DNA of 48,685 nt from Candidatus Lindowbacteria bacterium RIFCSPLOWO2_12_FULL_62_27 (GTDB lineage Bacteria; Lindowbacteria; 2-12-FULL-62-27). Under the pieces are notes generated by a model. It saw only the letters and a list, made by a program, of their open reading frames with translations. It was not told the DNA's origin and did not search any database. The position numbers and the translations under genes were made by a program. Below are positions 48,220 through 48,685 of the stretch, piece by piece; position 1 is the first letter of the stretch; every line of letters starts with the position of its first letter. The DNA lies in the NCBI GenBank assembly GCA_001784175.1, contig MFPR01000002.1, forward strand, positions 62,001 through 110,685, in the 5' to 3' direction.

Positions 48220-48220
48220 C

Positions 48221-48238
48221 NNNNNNNNNNNNNNNNNN
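48221..48238. other. Assembly gap (18 N) with overlapping flanks
   Basis: CGCGGTCCACC occurs at 48210-48220 and again at 48239-48249. Confidence 0.95.
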
Positions 48239-48239
48239 C

Positions 48240-48683
48240 GCGGTCCACCGCGACGTAATGCAGAAAATACTTGCCGACCTCCGACAACGCGTCGATGACG
48301 GTGCCGCCCGTGAGCTCCCGCACCATCGTGTCCAGCGCGGCGTCGCTCCGGAACAGGCCCATCTTCTGGCCGGTCTTCGCGTTGATCAGCTCCACCGTCG
48401 TCGTCTCCCCGTAAAAGCCGATGTCGCTCACCCGGCCGTTGGGGCTGGGCGCGCTGTCCCGCAGGTCCACGCCGGCCACCGTGATCGAGTCGTTGAAGCC
48501 GGCGCCGCTCGCGAACGTGTCCACTCGCTGCACCACGCCGCCGTGCTTCACAAACGTGCTGTCGGCCACCGGCTTCACCGTGTCGTACGTCACCAGCCGC
48601 GTGTCCTCGTATTTGTTCCCGGCCTTGTCCCACACCCGCACCACCAGCGCATACTCCCCGTCCTGCGAGCCGTCCGTCGCGCG
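48240..48683 (-). CDS. Upstream continuation of the same giant gene beyond the assembly gap (open at the right edge)
   Basis: Reads VRVWDKAGNKYEDTRLVTYDTVKP...GVDLRDSAPSPNGRVSDIGFYGETTTV...GKYFLHYVAVDR, homologous to modules I/J of the super-repeat. It joins the main frame when the 11-bp overlap across the gap is collapsed. Confidence 0.85.
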
Positions 48684-48685
48684 CG

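Larger units (their letters stand above)
30574..48685 (-). repeat. Tandem array of a ~3.83-kb (11-domain, 1,274-1,280 aa) coding super-repeat: four full copies plus partial copies at both ends
   Basis: The D codon of the marker IRYD lies at 47845, 44020, 40189, 36367 and 32527. Spacings are 3825, 3831, 3822 and 3840, all multiples of 3. The W of DTLGDW gives the same spacings (47920, 44095, 40264, 36442, 32602). Module order is the same in each copy. Confidence 0.93.

Noticed and set aside
484-47589. Long plus-strand ORFs (e.g. 10036-12342, 23059-26322, 37072-40317, 42463-44502)
   Set aside because: They lie in exact antisense register of the giant ORF, have Arg/Gly/Val/His-biased shadow composition and no motifs. 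Stops are rare because the sense gene seldom uses TTA, CTA or TCA.
464-47923. Short minus-strand Arg-rich or Pro/Ser/Thr-rich ORFs and short plus-strand ORFs in other frames
   Set aside because: These are off-frame readings of a high-GC3 gene, and they recur with the repeats of the real ORF.
48150-48644. Track ORF 48150..48644 as a standalone 164-aa gene
   Set aside because: Its right part is genuine giant-protein sequence, but the start is an internal GTG and the tail and stop arise from the frame offset caused by the N gap.
30574-48685. CRISPR array, transposon or pure assembly artefact as the source of the repeats
   Set aside because: The repeats are kb-scale, in frame and coding, with no spacers or transposase. 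The copies differ at many synonymous and non-synonymous sites, so they are not duplicated identical contigs.
1-48685. RTX/T1SS adhesin, NRPS/PKS or Rhs/toxin assignment, and a specific taxon
   Set aside because: I recognised no GGxGxD repeats, synthetase motifs or YD repeats. The termini and neighbouring genes needed to assign secretion route or taxonomy are outside the window.

Overview
The whole window is an internal part of one giant minus-strand gene from a high-GC genome (about 65-68% GC by eye), probably bacterial. The supplied ORF track misses it because neither its start nor its stop lies in the window. The minus frame whose codons occupy 1-3, 4-6, etc. is open from 48219 down to 1. 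An 11-bp overlap across the 18-N gap restores the same frame to the right edge, giving at least ~16,200 codons. The protein is a low-Cys, Thr/Asp/Gly/Val-rich chain of roughly 140 beta-sandwich modules (bacterial Ig-like 'Y-x-x-x-x-A-x-D-x-A-G-N' domains and FlgD/CHU_C-like 'FSPNxDG..WDG' domains). From N to C it has three parts. (i) 30.6-48.7 kb: a tandem array of an 11-domain, ~1,277-aa super-repeat. (ii) 18.7-29.2 kb: a core with three MIDAS-bearing vWA domains, each inserted into an Ig domain, followed by an acidic DGxDNDxDG/RGDFW insert and interleaved with ten copies of a ~170-aa domain I do not recognise. (iii) 1-18.7 kb: further copies of the super-repeat and of a second ~1,090-aa repeat. 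D-[ST] dipeptides resembling the Bacteroidota O-glycosylation sequon are strongly enriched, and repeat copies are mosaic. All long plus-strand ORFs are antisense shadows. I saw no RNA genes, CRISPR arrays, mobile elements or catalytic domains. Domain calls come from manual translation and motif recognition, and boundaries are approximate.
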